42,444 nt of DNA from Squatina squatina (lineage: Eukaryota). The notes beneath the pieces were generated by a model that saw only the letters and a program-made list of their open reading frames with translations, was not told the DNA's origin and ran no database searches. Positions within the stretch are counted from its first letter, which is position 1. The number at the start of each line of letters is the position of its first letter. The position numbers and the translations under genes are program-made. The stretch covers positions 3,244,553 to 3,286,996 of the forward strand of contig JARFOE010000163.1 of the NCBI GenBank assembly GCA_031763465.1, in the 5' to 3' direction. Of this stretch, positions 22,606-36,639 are shown piece by piece.

Positions 22606-25600
22606 GGTGTTTTCTGGGAGAGAACATAAACCAATCCAGACTATAATAATATATTTACAATCTCAATGAAAAAAATTACATTTTGCAAGAACCTGTGAAA
22701 ATTAGATTGGTTTGTTCCCTGCACATCTAACTTGGAACAAGCCTTTTTTTTTTTTAAAAAGTCCATTCAGCTTAAAAGTAGCACATCACATGTATTTAAA
22801 TTTTCGCTGATAAATTCTGAAAACCGACTAAAATGGTCAATCCATGTCTCAACTCCTGCAATAACAGAAGACACTACTACCTTACACAGGCATACTGAAA
22901 GGCCTACTTCAATCCATTACTTGCCAACTACATGGTTAATAATTTTAGTATGGCTGCAGGAAAATTACTACTTTTGAACTTGCCCACCCTGTGGCATTGG
23001 CACTCAAGAGTCAAGAACTTTCCTAAGAATGGGGAAATGAACAAGCAAGACAGTTCATACATACTTTTGTGGGGCATGATAAAATGTCATTGACCAACAA
23101 GCAGGGCCTCATTTTCAAGGCCCCAATGTTTTACTGATATAAAAGATAAAAAAGAGATTTTTTTTTTGTAAGGAGGTAAATGACAATTAAAACACACAGA
23201 GATTTTAAGACTAAGTTTACAGATTTTGACTTAAAATATATAATTTTAAACTAGTTGGGGCAGGGTCAAACAACTAAGGTGCCGGGACATAATCCACATT
23301 TTTATTAAAAGTTAATAAGATCTATAAGGTTTCTGAAAATATTATGGGATCACATCTCAGTATTTGTTTAAACAGCTTTATTTAGTTAAAATTAAAACCT
23401 ACATCTCCTTTAGAAGGGCAAGGAAAATTGTACACCACTGTTTATAAGTTAATACCACACTTCCTTGATTCTTCATTTTGCGCTACTTATGATTAAAATC
23501 GGTTGTGTTTAGCGTGGAAGTTATATCTATACTTCACTAAAAAGTCACTGAAATTGTCACCTGAACAGTCAATATTAAGGAATGAAGGAGACACACACAT
23601 ANNNNNNNNNNNNNNNNNNNNNNNNNNNNNNNNNNNNNNNNNNNNNNNNNNNNNNNNNNNNNNNNNNNNNNNNNNNNNNNNNNNNNNNNNNNNNNNNNNN
23701 NCTACGTTTAGCGGGCCTCGGAATGGATTACCTTTCCTGTCAGGTGACCAAGCTGAGATTGGCAAACTTGCCTTCCAGAGGAGACAAAATGATGAATAAC
23801 AGCCAAGAAACCAACGGAACGTTAAAGATAATAATACAAATTAAAGTTCTTAACAACTACAAATGATCCATTTGACCTTTTACTAATGACTGTGACTTAT
23901 TTTGTGCAGGCAGTGACTGAAGCAAAATAGCTTATCTCACTTGACAACGACGTTAGCAATGTTTCAGTCAGTATGAGTTTCACAGTCGAGTGGAAGAAAT
24001 CCTTCTACAAAAAGGACTTTGTGAGTCCAAAATTCTTACAGCTGCCACAAGTGGATGTTGGAAAGTTGGGGCGAAAAGTTACCTCAGGTGTATATGTAAA
24101 ATTTCAAAACTAAAGAGGCCTCCATGGGAGTGGCTCAATGAGCTGAAGAGGGTAGCAAGAGAGTATGGCCCATAGTAAATGTTTGTGAAGCAGTAATAAT
24201 GGTGGAGTTGTGATGCCCCAAACAGTATCGGNNNNNNNNNNCTGTTGCAGGCACAGGGGATGGCTAAACACAAGCGTGAGTTGTGAAGAGCACATAAAAA
24301 TACACGCGTAATGTTCATAGTTCACTTTTATCTGCACTTCATGAACTTCTGGACGAAAACGTATCTCAACCTGAAGAAAAGAAACCTCCTGAGATGGTAG
24401 AGTGCACAGATATGAACCATACTTCTATGTCGACACACATGATTCCTCAGGAAAAAGGCACTGTTGTCAATTTTAGGAAGAGGATGAAGATAAGATAAAG
24501 AAATAGAGGAAGAGTAGGGNNNNNNNNNNNNNNNNNNNNNNNNNNNNNNNNNNNNNNNNNNNNNNNNNNNNNNNNNNNNNNNNNNNNNNNNNNNNNNNNN
24601 NNNNNNNNNNNNNNNNNNNTGCAGTGTGGGTGGTTTGGAGATGCTATCAATTGCAGATGATGTTTGCTGTTTTCTCAAAAATATGCACAAAAGACCAAGG
24701 CCAGTTGCAAAGTAAATCACAGCTCCACTTATAGCGACAGTTAAATTATAACTTTGCTCAACTTAATCTAAACCTTCTTGTTGGAGATTGCTTTGCTCCT
24801 TCATTTCCAGTCTGGCGTGACAAGTAATATGTTTCGTTTTTTTTTCTCTTCGCCACAAAGTAATGCAAATTTAAGTGATGTAATTATGGTGCACATATTA
24901 CCAGATATCTCAGGCACAAGGCTTAACTCATGGCTTGTGGGATACATAAATCAGCCTTGGTCCAAAGTGGTTTGATCCTAATTGAAACCAGTACTATTCT
25001 GCAGTAAAATTAGTTTGTGGAAGAGATAAAGCTATTTCCCTCTGATTTATATTTTCCCTCCAGATTTTCCATTTCCCCCCCTCCTCTAGGGCACCCCTAC
25101 CACATAGCTGCCTTCATCTAGAATAGTAGATGAGCAAGTCATGGCCTTCCTCGTAAGTTTGGCACACAGGGCAGACATACTCAACTTGCATTTACAGGTT
25201 AACACAGATGCACTGAGTCATATTTCCATTCCCTGAGGCAAAACAGATGTTTCACGGTCATGATTCACGCTGCCTATTGGTCTTGATGCGAAATGAAGAC
25301 AATAGCTGGAAACATGGGTGGCATGAATCACATGTGTGCATCTATCTAATCAAATCATGGGNNNNNNNNNNNNNNNNNNNNNNNNNNNNNNNNNNNNNNN
25401 NNNNNNNNNNNNNNNNNNNNNNNNNNNNNNNNNNNNNNNNNNNNNNNNNNNNNNNNNNNNNCTGGTTGCGGTCATCCCTATCACAACATGTTCATGCAAA
25501 CTTAAGTGAAATTACAAGAATAAGGCAGTTACTAGAATGTGCTTCATCCATCAGAGAGCCCTTTGCAGCCAAATAGCTTCCTTTATTCTTTAGTGCAGTA

Positions 25601-26209
25601 TCTGTGCCGCAATAAACTCTGATTCCGAGTCTGTGATGTAAGCTTGTGTCTCTTTGCTTTCACCCTAGCATTTGCACCGCTGCTTTCAGTTCGACAGTGT
25701 GCTATCCTCTGAGGACCCTAGAGCCAACAACTGCTTCTTTATTATGCCAAATGCATAATTAGCATATATTACAATCTCATTTCCACGCTATTTAAATACC
25801 ACATGCAGCACGGTGAGCACCTACCCGACAATAAAATGACAAACATGCAGCACAGTGCACATCTATAATCCTTCCCATGTACATCTGCTCTATGCATCAC
25901 TGTTTATTTTCTGACCAGATTTGCCCAATTTTGATGGAAAATTGGCTGCGGAGCTGCTCTGCTGGCTCCCCAGAGGTTGCTGCCGCTTTCGGGATTTTCT
26001 GTTGGCTACTTTCATCTGTACTGGAATTGGGTATTAATGCACGGATGACATCATACCATGTATTCCCCATCATTGCCGCCATGGTAACGCTGGGCGGCGG
26101 GGATGCTGCAAGTCTGGTGGGTGGGAGGGGAGTTAAACTCAAAATCCCTCACCAAGGGGCTGTAATCAATCATAGATTATGGAACATGAAGATGCGCGAA
26201 ATGTTAAAC

Positions 26210-26469
26210 TCATAAGGGTTTCCTCTTTAGCTGCTTGTGGGAAGCCAGCCCTACTCGGCTGGGGCAGGTTCCCAAGGCCTGCAACAGTGATTTCCAGCGC
26301 CCTCCCGAGGTGAGCTTCCTGGCACAGGCAGTCGTCCAAGGTAGGTGTGAGGACCATATGGCAGATTGGAGTCCCACCCTACTGCAGATTCCAAAGCAGA
26401 TATCCCCACCTGGAAAAAATAGAACGATCTCCCCACGGTCCTTGTGGGTATAGGCACTACCTGGTATAC
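26210..26469 (-). mobile_element. Possible RTE-type LINE 3' fragment
   Basis: Translation TCPSRVGLASHKQ resembles the RTE ORF C-terminal CxSRIGLxSH motif. Otherwise degraded. Confidence 0.35.
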
Positions 26470-27559
26470 NNNNNNNNNNNNNNNNNNNNNNNNNNNNNNN
26501 NNNNNNNNNNNNNNNNNNNNNNNNNNNNNNNNNNNNNNNNNNNNNNNNNNNNNNNNNNNNNNNNNNNNNTGGAAGTGCTGTGTGTTTATGGTTGTACTGG
26601 GGCTTGAATTGGAAGTGCTGTACTGACAAGGACAAGCCATTTGTTGTGACATGAGATCCCGCAACGAACCCCGCAGATTTATACACTTCCCATGCGTAGT
26701 GTGAATTGTTCCCGAGCACTGTAATTGTCCATATAAAGTCGGTAAAATTTCTAGCTTCTAAGAGGATCTGAGCAAAACAAATAACTTGCTTTAGTTATGG
26801 TTAAGCAGTGGTGCTCATTCCTGGAAAAGAAAGGCTTCATAAATGCCCATGTGCTTATTCAGCAAACAACACGGCAAATTAAAGTACCTACAACAAATGA
26901 AAAAACATCTCATTTGGCCATTTCAGCCATTGTACAAGTTATCAGTGGTTGAATAACCTTCTTGCGAGTTAGCATTAGGAACATTCTTTGAATACGGTGA
27001 ATTCACTCCTCCAGTTTCAACTGAAGCAAAATAACAACAATGATTAATTGGCAAGAATCTTTTCAATAGACTTAATGTAAATTGTAGCTAGCTGATTAAT
27101 CGATTAGTTATTGCAGCTTCAGTTCTTAAGTGCTTGGGAACAAGACTATTGTTGGACAGTATTAGGGAGCGTAGCACTGCCATCAATCACACTGTACTTG
27201 ATAAAGGGCTGCACTCTATTGTGCTAGCTAGCCTTATTCCTAATTACATTTGGTGATCATTAATGATGATGCTGCTTAAACAGCATAAGTACTGAAATTA
27301 AACCTTCCAAATGACAAAGGAGAGAACTGCCACTGGTGGTATTTAGAGACCTTTAAATTGTTGGGATATAATTGTACTTCATTGCTGCTTCACAGGTCAT
27401 ATTTTCAGACGCATATTTAAAGATCTCCACTTACTGTCCTGAGGTTTGCAGGTGCCGTTAAGAAAAATATAAGTCAGCATATGCGAAAAAACACCAAGGC
27501 ACAAAAGCTTGGAAACTACGCTGTGTTATATTATTGGATGATGCTTAACGCATTCATAT

Positions 27560-27710
27560 AGACAGATTTTTGTTAACCAAAGGTATAAAGGGATATGGGG
27601 CAAAGGCAGGTAATATGGAGTTAGGTTGCAGATCATTCATGATTGCACTGAATGGCAAAGCAGGCTTGAGGGGCTAAATGGCCTACTGCTCTTATGTTTC
27701 TGTGTTCCCA
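27560..27710 (+). mobile_element. CR1 LINE 3' end
   Basis: GACAGATTTTTGTTAACCAAAGGTAT..AGGGATATGGGGCAAAGGCAGG..ATGGAGTTAGG..CAGATCA..CATGAT..ACTGAATGGC..AGCAGGCTTGAGGGGCTAAATGGCCTACT..TATGTTC. Confidence 0.75.
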
Positions 27711-28464
27711 TGACCTTTTCCTTACTTTATGAAGCCTACTCCAAAATGTTCTTGATGTCGCTTACCAAATTCCCACTTGTGTGCGAGTGTAAGGCCATTT
27801 TCTTGTAGTCTATAATCAAGGCACATGCTCGATTTGATTGGATTCGTGTATCGCAATAACGTTACTTATGTTGCAGACTCCTGGAATTCTTTCAATAACT
27901 TGTCAGACATTAAAATGTATCCCTACTGCTGAAGATATGCCAAATGTTAACTTTTTGTATTGCTTCAGATCACCATGTGGTGCAAAGATTTTAATATAGT
28001 GGTTCTTCTCATGGAGTTTCAGCTTGTGATACCAGATTTCAAGTCTAGCTTCAAGAAAAAACCCGACCAGTTTTGTTCTACAACAATCTCATTCCAGATG
28101 GGGGAAGAGAGAAGAGTGTCATGTCTTTCACATTTAATTACTTTGTTCCAGGCATATTAACAGAGTCATCATATTAGGATTGCTGGGTTTGGGGCCAATT
28201 ACTAGAAGCAAGATCCAAGAGGCAACACCACCTGCATCTTAAATTATACCACGATCTTCCGACTCTTACCTTTGCCGTAAGTTACTTGCTAACTTACAAT
28301 GACTGAGCAACAAGAACTATCATTATGCCTGCATGCTTGTCAGCTTGTCTATATCATAAAACATNNNNNNNNNNNNNNNNNNNNNNNNNNNNNNNNNNNN
28401 NNNNNNNNNNNNNNNNNNNNNNNNNNNNNNNNNNNNNNNNNNNNNNNNNNNNNNNNNNNNNNNN

Positions 28465-28570
28465 CGCCATTTTCCTGCACTATCCCCATATCCCTCGATG
28501 CCTTTACTGTCTAGAAATCTATCGACCTCTGTTTTGAATGTACTCAATGACTGAGCCTCCACAGCCCTCT
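28465..28570 (-). mobile_element. CR1 LINE 3' fragment
   Basis: Translation RAVEAQSLSTFKTEVDRFLDSKGIEGYG, a CR1 ORF2 C-terminus. Confidence 0.75.
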
Positions 28571-30584
28571 GATATAAAATTGGATCGACACAGGCCAGCA
28601 GAAGAGATACAGAGAAAGGAAATTCAAAATCAATGCGGGTCCGAATTTGCAGTGGGTATGATGGCATACTACGCCGTCATTCAGCCTTTGAAACGGACCG
28701 CAAGTTCGAGATCCTGCAATCCTGAACTTGTGATCTGTCACGCTCCGACTCCGCTCTGACATTGAAATCCTCATTGCTGGCGTAGAGTTGGGCTTAATTA
28801 ACCAGTAAAATTTTACAGCTGTCTTTGGAGAGAACATGTCTGCGTATGTTGATTAATGTTGTCATGAAGCACAGTTGTTAGACAGTGAGAATGTTGCAAA
28901 TCAGCATAGTAGAAGATGTTCTTCATTTTATCAACATATTTGTCCTTTAATCAATAAATGTTGGGCTATAAAACTTTTAACTTTCCTTACCTATTCCATT
29001 TGTAGTTGGAAATGGCTTCCTTTAATAGGATCTGTGAAGCGTTTTTATCACCACACAGTAATCTGTTGCACTTAATACTTTCCCAAACGGGGAGCCCATT
29101 TACATTTTGGCCATAATATCAAGTAAAGCACTTGTGGGAAAGGCATGAAAAATGGAAGCAGAATTCTGCAAGAACATTAATTGTAGTTTGGGATTTCAGT
29201 AAAAAATGCCTTGAAACTCAAAATTCTTCTTTTATACACACTTCAGCAAACAAAAAGCATTTCACATTCAAATGATATGGACAGAGTAAATAAATGTATG
29301 TGTTTGCTTTCTATTGTAATAAGAGATTACATTCATCTTTTTCTCCCTGCATTTCAGTATCTAAGTGGAATACTGTAAAAGCCACCAGCCATCTCCCTAA
29401 ATCAATCAACATTTCCTGAAAGCCTCAACAATGTTATGATTGTATAGAATGTCCCCGGGCATCTGAATACTCCCAAGAGACAACTTACAATAAGATCTGG
29501 GGATGCTGGATCAAAGATTCTAGCACACACACAAGTACCAGGACAGGAAAGGACATATTAAGGAAACACACAAGGGTGATTTCCAATTTATCTTGCCAAT
29601 CTTCAGAAAGGATTTGATATGTGCAATACACTTTCTCGGTTCACCTATTCCACATAAGCTTTGAACAGTCCACAAATAACCTGTAGTTGGTTTGATCACA
29701 AGGATAGCAACTGATTTGCTCCATTGGAGCCATCAAGTTTGGAGCGTTGCCACTGGTAAGATAAAAATATCATTTTTGCAATGTATAGCAATTAGCACTT
29801 GTTAAAATTCCGACATTACATGCTTGTATAATGTGGCAGTGTTGAACCGTTTAAAGCTATCAGTTTACAGGCCAAGTTACAGAATTCTAATAGTGCTATC
29901 ACAGGCGTATCAAAATACCTGACCCGTCTACATCAAATATAGGTACTTTGAATAAAAACTATGATTGGCCAATGGCACGTATCACCACNNNNNNNNNNAG
30001 ATGATTTGAAAGATAATAATCAAATACAAGGGCAAAAGTACTTTTTAATTTTGATGTTCACGGATCAGATTTATGGACTAGATGGAAAACAGAAATCTGC
30101 CAAATTCTATATGTATAAATTTACAACAGCCTGCCATATTGGTCTGTGGTTCTTCTAATCTAGAGTTCAAAGCTTAGGTATTACAGCAATCATATTGCTG
30201 GATGTATATCCATGTAGGTCTGTGCAATATCTGCATTGACACCCACAAAAAGTGGCACATTTGTTGGCCTTTTTAAAGAGGACAGAGGTTAGATTGTAAT
30301 GGTTGGTTAAAACTCCAAAACATCCCCCGACCCCGCATGTTCTTTGTTTTCGCTGTGCACTTTTCAAAGGTGGGAACAGTTTGAATTTCACTTCCCAATT
30401 TGCGGATTCCTCTGCCATCAGGACTATGCTGCTCTACTGGACATTATCAAGACTTGGTTACTGCGGTTCTGCTCTGCTACGCAGTCATTTCAAGTTTGAA
30501 GGTCACTTTTTCTACCGTACAACCCATCCTCCATCTGCTGCTGTTACCTGCTGAGCTTCTGACTGTACTTTATTTTTTTTATTC

Positions 30585-30882
30585 GTTCATGGAATGTAGG
30601 CATTACTAGCAAGGCCAGTATTTATTACCCATCCCTAATTGCCCTGGAGAAGGTGGTGGTGAGCCGTCTTCTTGAACCGCTGCAGTCCGTGTGGTGAAGG
30701 TTCTCCCACAGTGCTGCTAGGGAGGGAGTTCCAGGATTTGGACCCAGCGATGATGAAGGAACGGCGATATATTTCCAAGTCAGGATGGTGCGTGACTTGG
30801 AGGGGAACTTGGAGCTAGTGGTGTTCCCATGCGTCTGCTGCCCTTGTCCTTCTAGGTGGTGGAGGTCGCAGGTTTGGGAGGT
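30585..30882 (-). mobile_element. CR1-like LINE 3' region
   Basis: GCAAGGCCAGTATTTATTACCCATCCCTAATTGCCC...GGAGGGAGTTCCAGGATTTGGACCCAGCG. The minus strand carries a WNSLP-type motif. Recognised as a common shark LINE tail. Confidence 0.65.
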
Positions 30883-31655
30883 AAACAAAATATCTGCGGC
30901 AATCCAAGATGGCAGCACATGCAATGGAGCCTGCTGGGAACCTTTCAAAGATTCTGTTTGCGAATTGTTTTGAAAAGTTCAATCTTTACATAGAAGCCTC
31001 TGTATAAAGATCAGACTGTTTAAACCAGTATGATTGGAAAGATCTCAGTGAACTCATACTGTGAATACTGGCAGTGCTATTACTATTGGTAACAGCTTAG
31101 GCTGTCCTAAGCATTTAAAATAATCACTCAGATTCCCCAGTGGGACCGCAGTGCCCTTTTAAAGAAATGAATATGTTAAACACAGCTGCACTCTGCAGGT
31201 TTGATTTTTAACCTGTTCTAGTCTTGGATAAAGACAATAAAAAGCTCTTAATCAGTTCAAAATTGTAGCAGGATCTGCTTTCTTTTATCCTTCCTCATTT
31301 TGCCCTTCCGTCCTGAAGATGTGACTCTCGCTGTGGTAAAGCTCCACAGGTTCTGGCAGCCTTCCAATACCTTGGCCAAGAAGTCATTCTCTTCATCTGT
31401 GAGCCCAGAGTGTCAGTAGGCTATTTGGCTGTTGTGGGGGGGTGCGAGGTGGGGTCAGAGTAATGCCCTATTCTGCTCTCACCCAACGTTCACATTTAAG
31501 AGATTACTTTGGATTGTGCTCAACCGTAGGGAGCCCAGGCTCATTTTTTTCCCCTTCCTACCTCAGAGGCACTGAGACACTCAGAGGGGAGCTGATCTCT
31601 GTTTCAAAGAAGTTTAGGCACAGGACTATGTAGATCACTCATGAGGTTTTGCCTA

Positions 31656-31801
31656 CTGTGGCTCAGTGGGTAGCACTCTCACCTATAAATCATGGAGGTC
31701 ATGGGTTCAGGTCCCACTTCCAGAGACTTGAGTACCAAATCTGGGCCCACACTCCAGTGCAGTACTGAGGGAGTGCTGCACTGTTGGAGGTGCTGTCTTT
31801 C
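31656..31801 (+). mobile_element. DeuSINE (SacSINE1-like) 5' part
   Basis: TGGCTCAGTGGGTAGC A box, GGTTCAGGTCC B box, core ACTCCAGTGCAGTACTGAGGGAGTGCTGCACTGTTGGAGGTGCTGTCTTTC. Confidence 0.8.
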
Positions 31802-32473
31802 NNNNNNNNNNNNNNNNNNNNNNNNNNNNNNNNNNNNNNNNNNNNNNNNNNNNNNNNNNNNNNNNNNNNNNNNNNNNNNNNNNNNNNNNNNNNNNNNNNN
31901 NATATGTACCGACAAACTGGAAGAAGGATGGAGGAAGGGATGGGTAAACTGATATTTGGAAGAATAATGGATAGACAGACGGAAAGATGAATGGATCAAT
32001 TATTCGCTGCAGGAGAACCTGTATACTTAGCTTCCCATATAGCAAGCACACTGAGGAGGTCCCTTGCTGGTGTCAACTTTGATTGATTTTTATTTTTGAT
32101 GAATGAGTTTAAATCATTGTCTGGTGCATATGAATAGCTCCATGAACTGCAGCGATTCTTAAAAGAAAATGAAGAATGGTGTTGCCTCACAAATAAATGT
32201 AGAATTTCTAAATCAAGTGTCCCTGTTGGAGCAGTCTAAACCCTATCAAAGAGTAAAGCCAACAGAATTTTCTCTCGTTGAATTCCATTATAAAACTCAA
32301 AACTTGCAAAATGCAATGCTAAGGTCTGTATATGCATCTAAATGACATTTATATTCATCGAATCGAAAGTGTAAGAAGGTTCAACGCCTCTTTGAATAGT
32401 TGAATTATTGGTTGAGGGCTCCCTGAGTCCTGCTGGTTTTCCGAATGGAGCTAAAATCAGAAACGAAGTGAAA

Positions 32474-32560
32474 ACAAAAGCAGAATATTACAGTGGCTGG
32501 AAATCTGAAATAAAAATGCTGAAAACACGCAGCAGGTCAGGCAGCATTTGTGGAGAGTTA
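32474..32560 (+). repeat. Penelope-associated short repeat
   Basis: GCTGGAAATCTGAAATAAAAATGCTGAAAACACGCAGCAGGTCAGGCAGCATTTGTGGAGAG. Homologous to 9058-9150 and 5195-5262. Confidence 0.55.
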
Positions 32561-32807
32561 ATGAATTTGTGGCCCCTACGGGCGTGTACGAGGTGCTCAC
32601 GCGCCCGTNNNNNNNNNNNNNNNNNNNNNNNNNNNNNNNNNNNNNNNNNNNNNNNNNNNNNNNNNNNNNNNNNNNNNNNNNNNNNNNNNNNNNNNNNNNN
32701 NNNNNNNNAACACAGCAGGACGTTTGTGAAACTGGCACTTCCGGGTCTCACGTCCGTAACTCCACAACTCTGCTCTGAGCACGTGGCCCTGTAAATTTTG
32801 GGACGCA

Positions 32808-32917
32808 GATAATCTGTTTTTGTGATGTTGATTGAGGGATAAATATTGGCCAGGACTCCAGGGAGAACTCCCTTGCTCCTGTTCAAAATAGTGCCATGGG
32901 ATCTTTTACGTCCACCC
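32808..32917 (-). mobile_element. DeuSINE central fragment
   Basis: Reverse complement of GTAAAAGATCCCATGGCACTATTTTGAA..GAGCAAGGGAGTTCTCCCTGG.GTCCTGGCCAATATTTATCCCTCAATC, matching 34454-34520. Confidence 0.75.
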
Positions 32918-34453
32918 TTGGCATTAATGTTACAAATAGATAAAAGTATTTGCCTGAGGTTTAGAAACTAATGGTTAGCATTGTTAAGGCATCCCATGCA
33001 ATGTTTTTTTTAGAACTTGTACACAATAAGAAAAACGTTCCAATATGTTGGAACTCTCAGCCTCCCTGTATTTACTGCTTGACGTTGCTGTTTCAGCCAT
33101 ATCTCCATGTCCCACACCAGTGTTGCTACACTGAAACACTCGATCAGGAAAAAGGGCAGAGCAGAGTCATCTTTCTTCATCATCTTGCATTGTATTCAAA
33201 TCTTGGCCCGTCAGCCATCCTGAATTATAAATACAAAATGTACGAAACATGCAGTCATTTGATTAATCACTTTCCTCTACAGATCCCGTAATTAGAAAGT
33301 AATTGAAAATCTGAACACATTGTGAAAATAGTCATGACTTTTCACAATGAGGAGGAAGGGAAGTAGTAATCCCATCGTAATGCTGGCTATCGTGACAATT
33401 ATTTTCTAAACAGGCCCTGTCTCATCCAAGAGTTATTAGTCACCTATCACATCAAGAAAACCTNNNNNNNNNNNNNNNNNNNNNNNNNNNNNNNNNNNNN
33501 NNNNNNNNNNNNNNNNNNNNNNNNNNNNNNNNNNNNNNNNNNNNNNNNNNNNNNNNNNNNNNNAAGTCAAAGGGACGCTAACATGCGTGACAGACGACAG
33601 ACTGACAGACGACGGACCAGAAATTACAACCAATGCGCTTACGTCTATAGTGGGACTTAAACACAGAAACTTTTGGATGCTGAGGTGAGAGCGCTGCCAG
33701 TTGAGCCAAGCTAATACGGATAGCGTTGACATCATGCATACAACTGGCTGGTACGCTCATGCAGAGCATGGACAATGAAATTAAGAAATGTGAACCAGTG
33801 CTGAATGCCATAACAAATATGTAGCAGTAGATTCATATCTGCTGCATGCTACATGGAAAAAAATAGGCACCGGCCCATAATGCTAAAAACTCCCTATTAT
33901 AGTCAGGAGAATGACCATCTTAGTTGCGTTTGTTCTTACCCCGCAGCCCTCCCCATACAGTGCAGTGTGACAGATCCTTTATAAGGGACATATACAGTGC
34001 AGTGTGNNNNNNNNNNAAGCTCCCTTAATATTGACAATTTATGAATCTTCACCCTCAAGCCCAATTTGTATTATTTTACTGAATGCTGATTTTGTTTTTG
34101 TTTGATTAACATTTCTGTGCTCTGCATCAGCAAAACTGTGTGTTCCAAAGTGTGGAGCTGCTCTCTGTCATATGCTGTAGTTCCGGCTAATGTCTAATTT
34201 TCCTTAGAAAATTCATGCAGAATTAGTCAGTTCTATGCTAAAGGCACGGACCCTACATTAATAATTAACCAGAGACTGGTTCGTGCAGAAGGATTACTGG
34301 TATAATGCCAATAGCTAATCTGATCTTTCTCATAAGATGCTGTGACTCTGCATNNNNNNNNNNNNNNNNNNNNNNNNNNNNNNNNNNNNNNNNNNNNNNN
34401 NNNNNNNNNNNNNNNNNNNNNNNNNNNNNNNNNNNNNNNNNNNNNNNNNNNNN

Positions 34454-34700
34454 GGCACTATTTTGAAGAAGAGCAGGGGAGTTTGGTGTCCTGGTCAATA
34501 TTTATCCTTCAATCAAAATAACAAAAACAGATTACCTGGTCATTATCACATTGCTGTTTGTGGGAGCTTGCTGTGTGCAAATTGGCTGCTGCGGTTCCCA
34601 CATTACAACAAAAGTACTTCATTGGCTGTAAAGCTCTTTGAGACATCCGATGATCGTGAAAGATGCTGTATAAATGCCAGTCAGTCATTTTTTCTTTCTC
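34454..34700 (+). mobile_element. DeuSINE 3' part
   Basis: GGCACTATTTTGAAGAAGAGCAGGGGAGTT...CATTGCTGTTTGTGGGAGCTTGCTGTGTGCAAATTGGCTGC...TATAAATGC, then a T/C tail. Confidence 0.8.
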
Positions 34701-36009
34701 AATGCGTCTGAACCCAAATTTTAGTACAACCTGTCTTGCAAATGTTTTCAAGTCCATGTCTCAGCTTGTCTAATTTATGGATCATAATTAATTGTATTTA
34801 ACTTATGAGTTGAACTATATTACAAAATCATTCTCGAAAAATCATAATTTTTTTTTTAGTGGCCAAGTAACTAGACAGTATTTTATTTCCAACTTGTAGG
34901 ATTTGCGTAATAATACGGCAATTGAATTCGGCAAAAAGAATGAGGCTGGTTAAACATTTTTATTTGTGGATGTACCAACAAGGAAGGGACACTATTAAAG
35001 TAACAACTTGATGATATGTATTCAGTCTCTTTAATTTTCTCCCCTTGCGATAAGCTGACACAGGGAAGAAATCACCATGGCAACCGTGCCTTTTCCATCA
35101 ATGGAGCCAGGACACCACCTACATGTGAATAAAAAAGATTTTCTTCTTTAGTTCAGCAAGTAACCCTCTGTTTGGAAATAGACATGTTTTCTCAAAAATA
35201 TTTGTAGATAAGTTAATAAGATGTTCTTTTTGCTCTACCCTTTATGCGACAGAGAAATCAGAACCCCTTTCTTTCTTTGCTTTACAATATATAACAAAGC
35301 CTCCAGCACATTTCTTCTCTTTAATTTGTGAATAGAATGTGCTTTTACTCCATTCAAACCATTTCCAATTTTATTGCATTTGTCAATGCCTACAGCACTC
35401 GCTATGCCATGAATGCTAATAGCTCCATTAAGCCAAAGCTCCTAAAATGGATCAGCTTGCAGTATCTGGGAAGTACCAACTATGATGTGAAGACCCAGAA
35501 TAATCTGAGTTATAGCATTAGTTGTCCAATTTACCTTGAAATATGGCTAAATTTAAAAATAGACAAAGAGAGCATTCGACACCGCACTGGAGTCATTCTA
35601 CGGCCTTCTACTGATGGTTCTAGTAGTAGACCTGTAGTGGCCAATTAGACTTTGTTGATCTGAAAGGCTTTGATTGTAAGCGAAAGGCGACAATTGAACT
35701 AAGAGAACCAAGACAAAAGGCCAAACAATGCACCAATAATCCTTTGGCATTGCCGTTAAATCAAGACTAGGCACATTGAAACCGGAAAGATTTATTACTA
35801 ATCTCACCACAGATCAGAAGTGGGCTTTTTAATCAGGGACTTAGCCTTTGTGTGTGTACATATACTAAACAAAAGGACTTATTCAATGATTCTACACCCG
35901 CAGTGGGAGCCTCGCTTGATGGGAGTGCAGTGCGGGTCGGTGACCCGGTGAGGAGGTCAGTCCTCCTGTTTCTGATTTGCTGGTCATTAACTTTCATTTT
36001 AGACACTAA

Positions 36010-36250
36010 TTTCACATTTATACTGACCCCGCGTTTATACAAACTTCGTACGTTGACCCGCCGTTCATATGAGCCACACATTTATACTCACCACACATTA
36101 ATACTCACCACACATTTATACCATCCCTGCATTTATACTGCCCCCATGGCACATTATACTGCACTCACACTGACTCGACCTCCACTGACCCCGTGTTCAC
36201 ACCGACCCTGTGTTGCTGCTGTCCCCAGTTTTATACCACTCCATTTATGC
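36010..36250. repeat. Degenerate tandem repeat built on CACATTTATACT
   Basis: Repeated TTTATAC cores with CAC/ACC/CCC spacers. Confidence 0.6.
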
Positions 36251-36639
36251 TGCAGGTTTGTTGCCTGCTGAATTCCAGTTCATTCCTTTGTCAAATCAGC
36301 ATATTATGTCATGTCTATTTGCATCCTTAGATTAAATTAGCACACATTCTTTTCAGTGCTAGATTTGAATAACGAGCACCAACTTCCGATTAGGTTGGTT
36401 ATACTTTTAGTGGTAAATCGGGCAGGTGATTTGCGGGAACTGCAGCTTTTCTGCTTTGCACAATGTCCAAGGAGGCCTTTCTTGTTTCTGGGTATATCGG
36501 CTCAAACACTGCGTGCCAGCCCTGCCGTGGGGCAGCACTGGTGCTAGACATCAGTACAGAGTGAAACTGTGCAGTGTTTGACTGCAAGTGTACAGATGTT
36601 GCTTCCTGCTCAACCCCTGCCTCCACCTCCCGCTACTGT

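Noticed and set aside
33955-34006. Direct repeat ATACAGTGCAGTGTG with a spacer (CRISPR-like look)
   Set aside because: Only two copies, beside a gap in a vertebrate genome. Likely a collapsed minisatellite.
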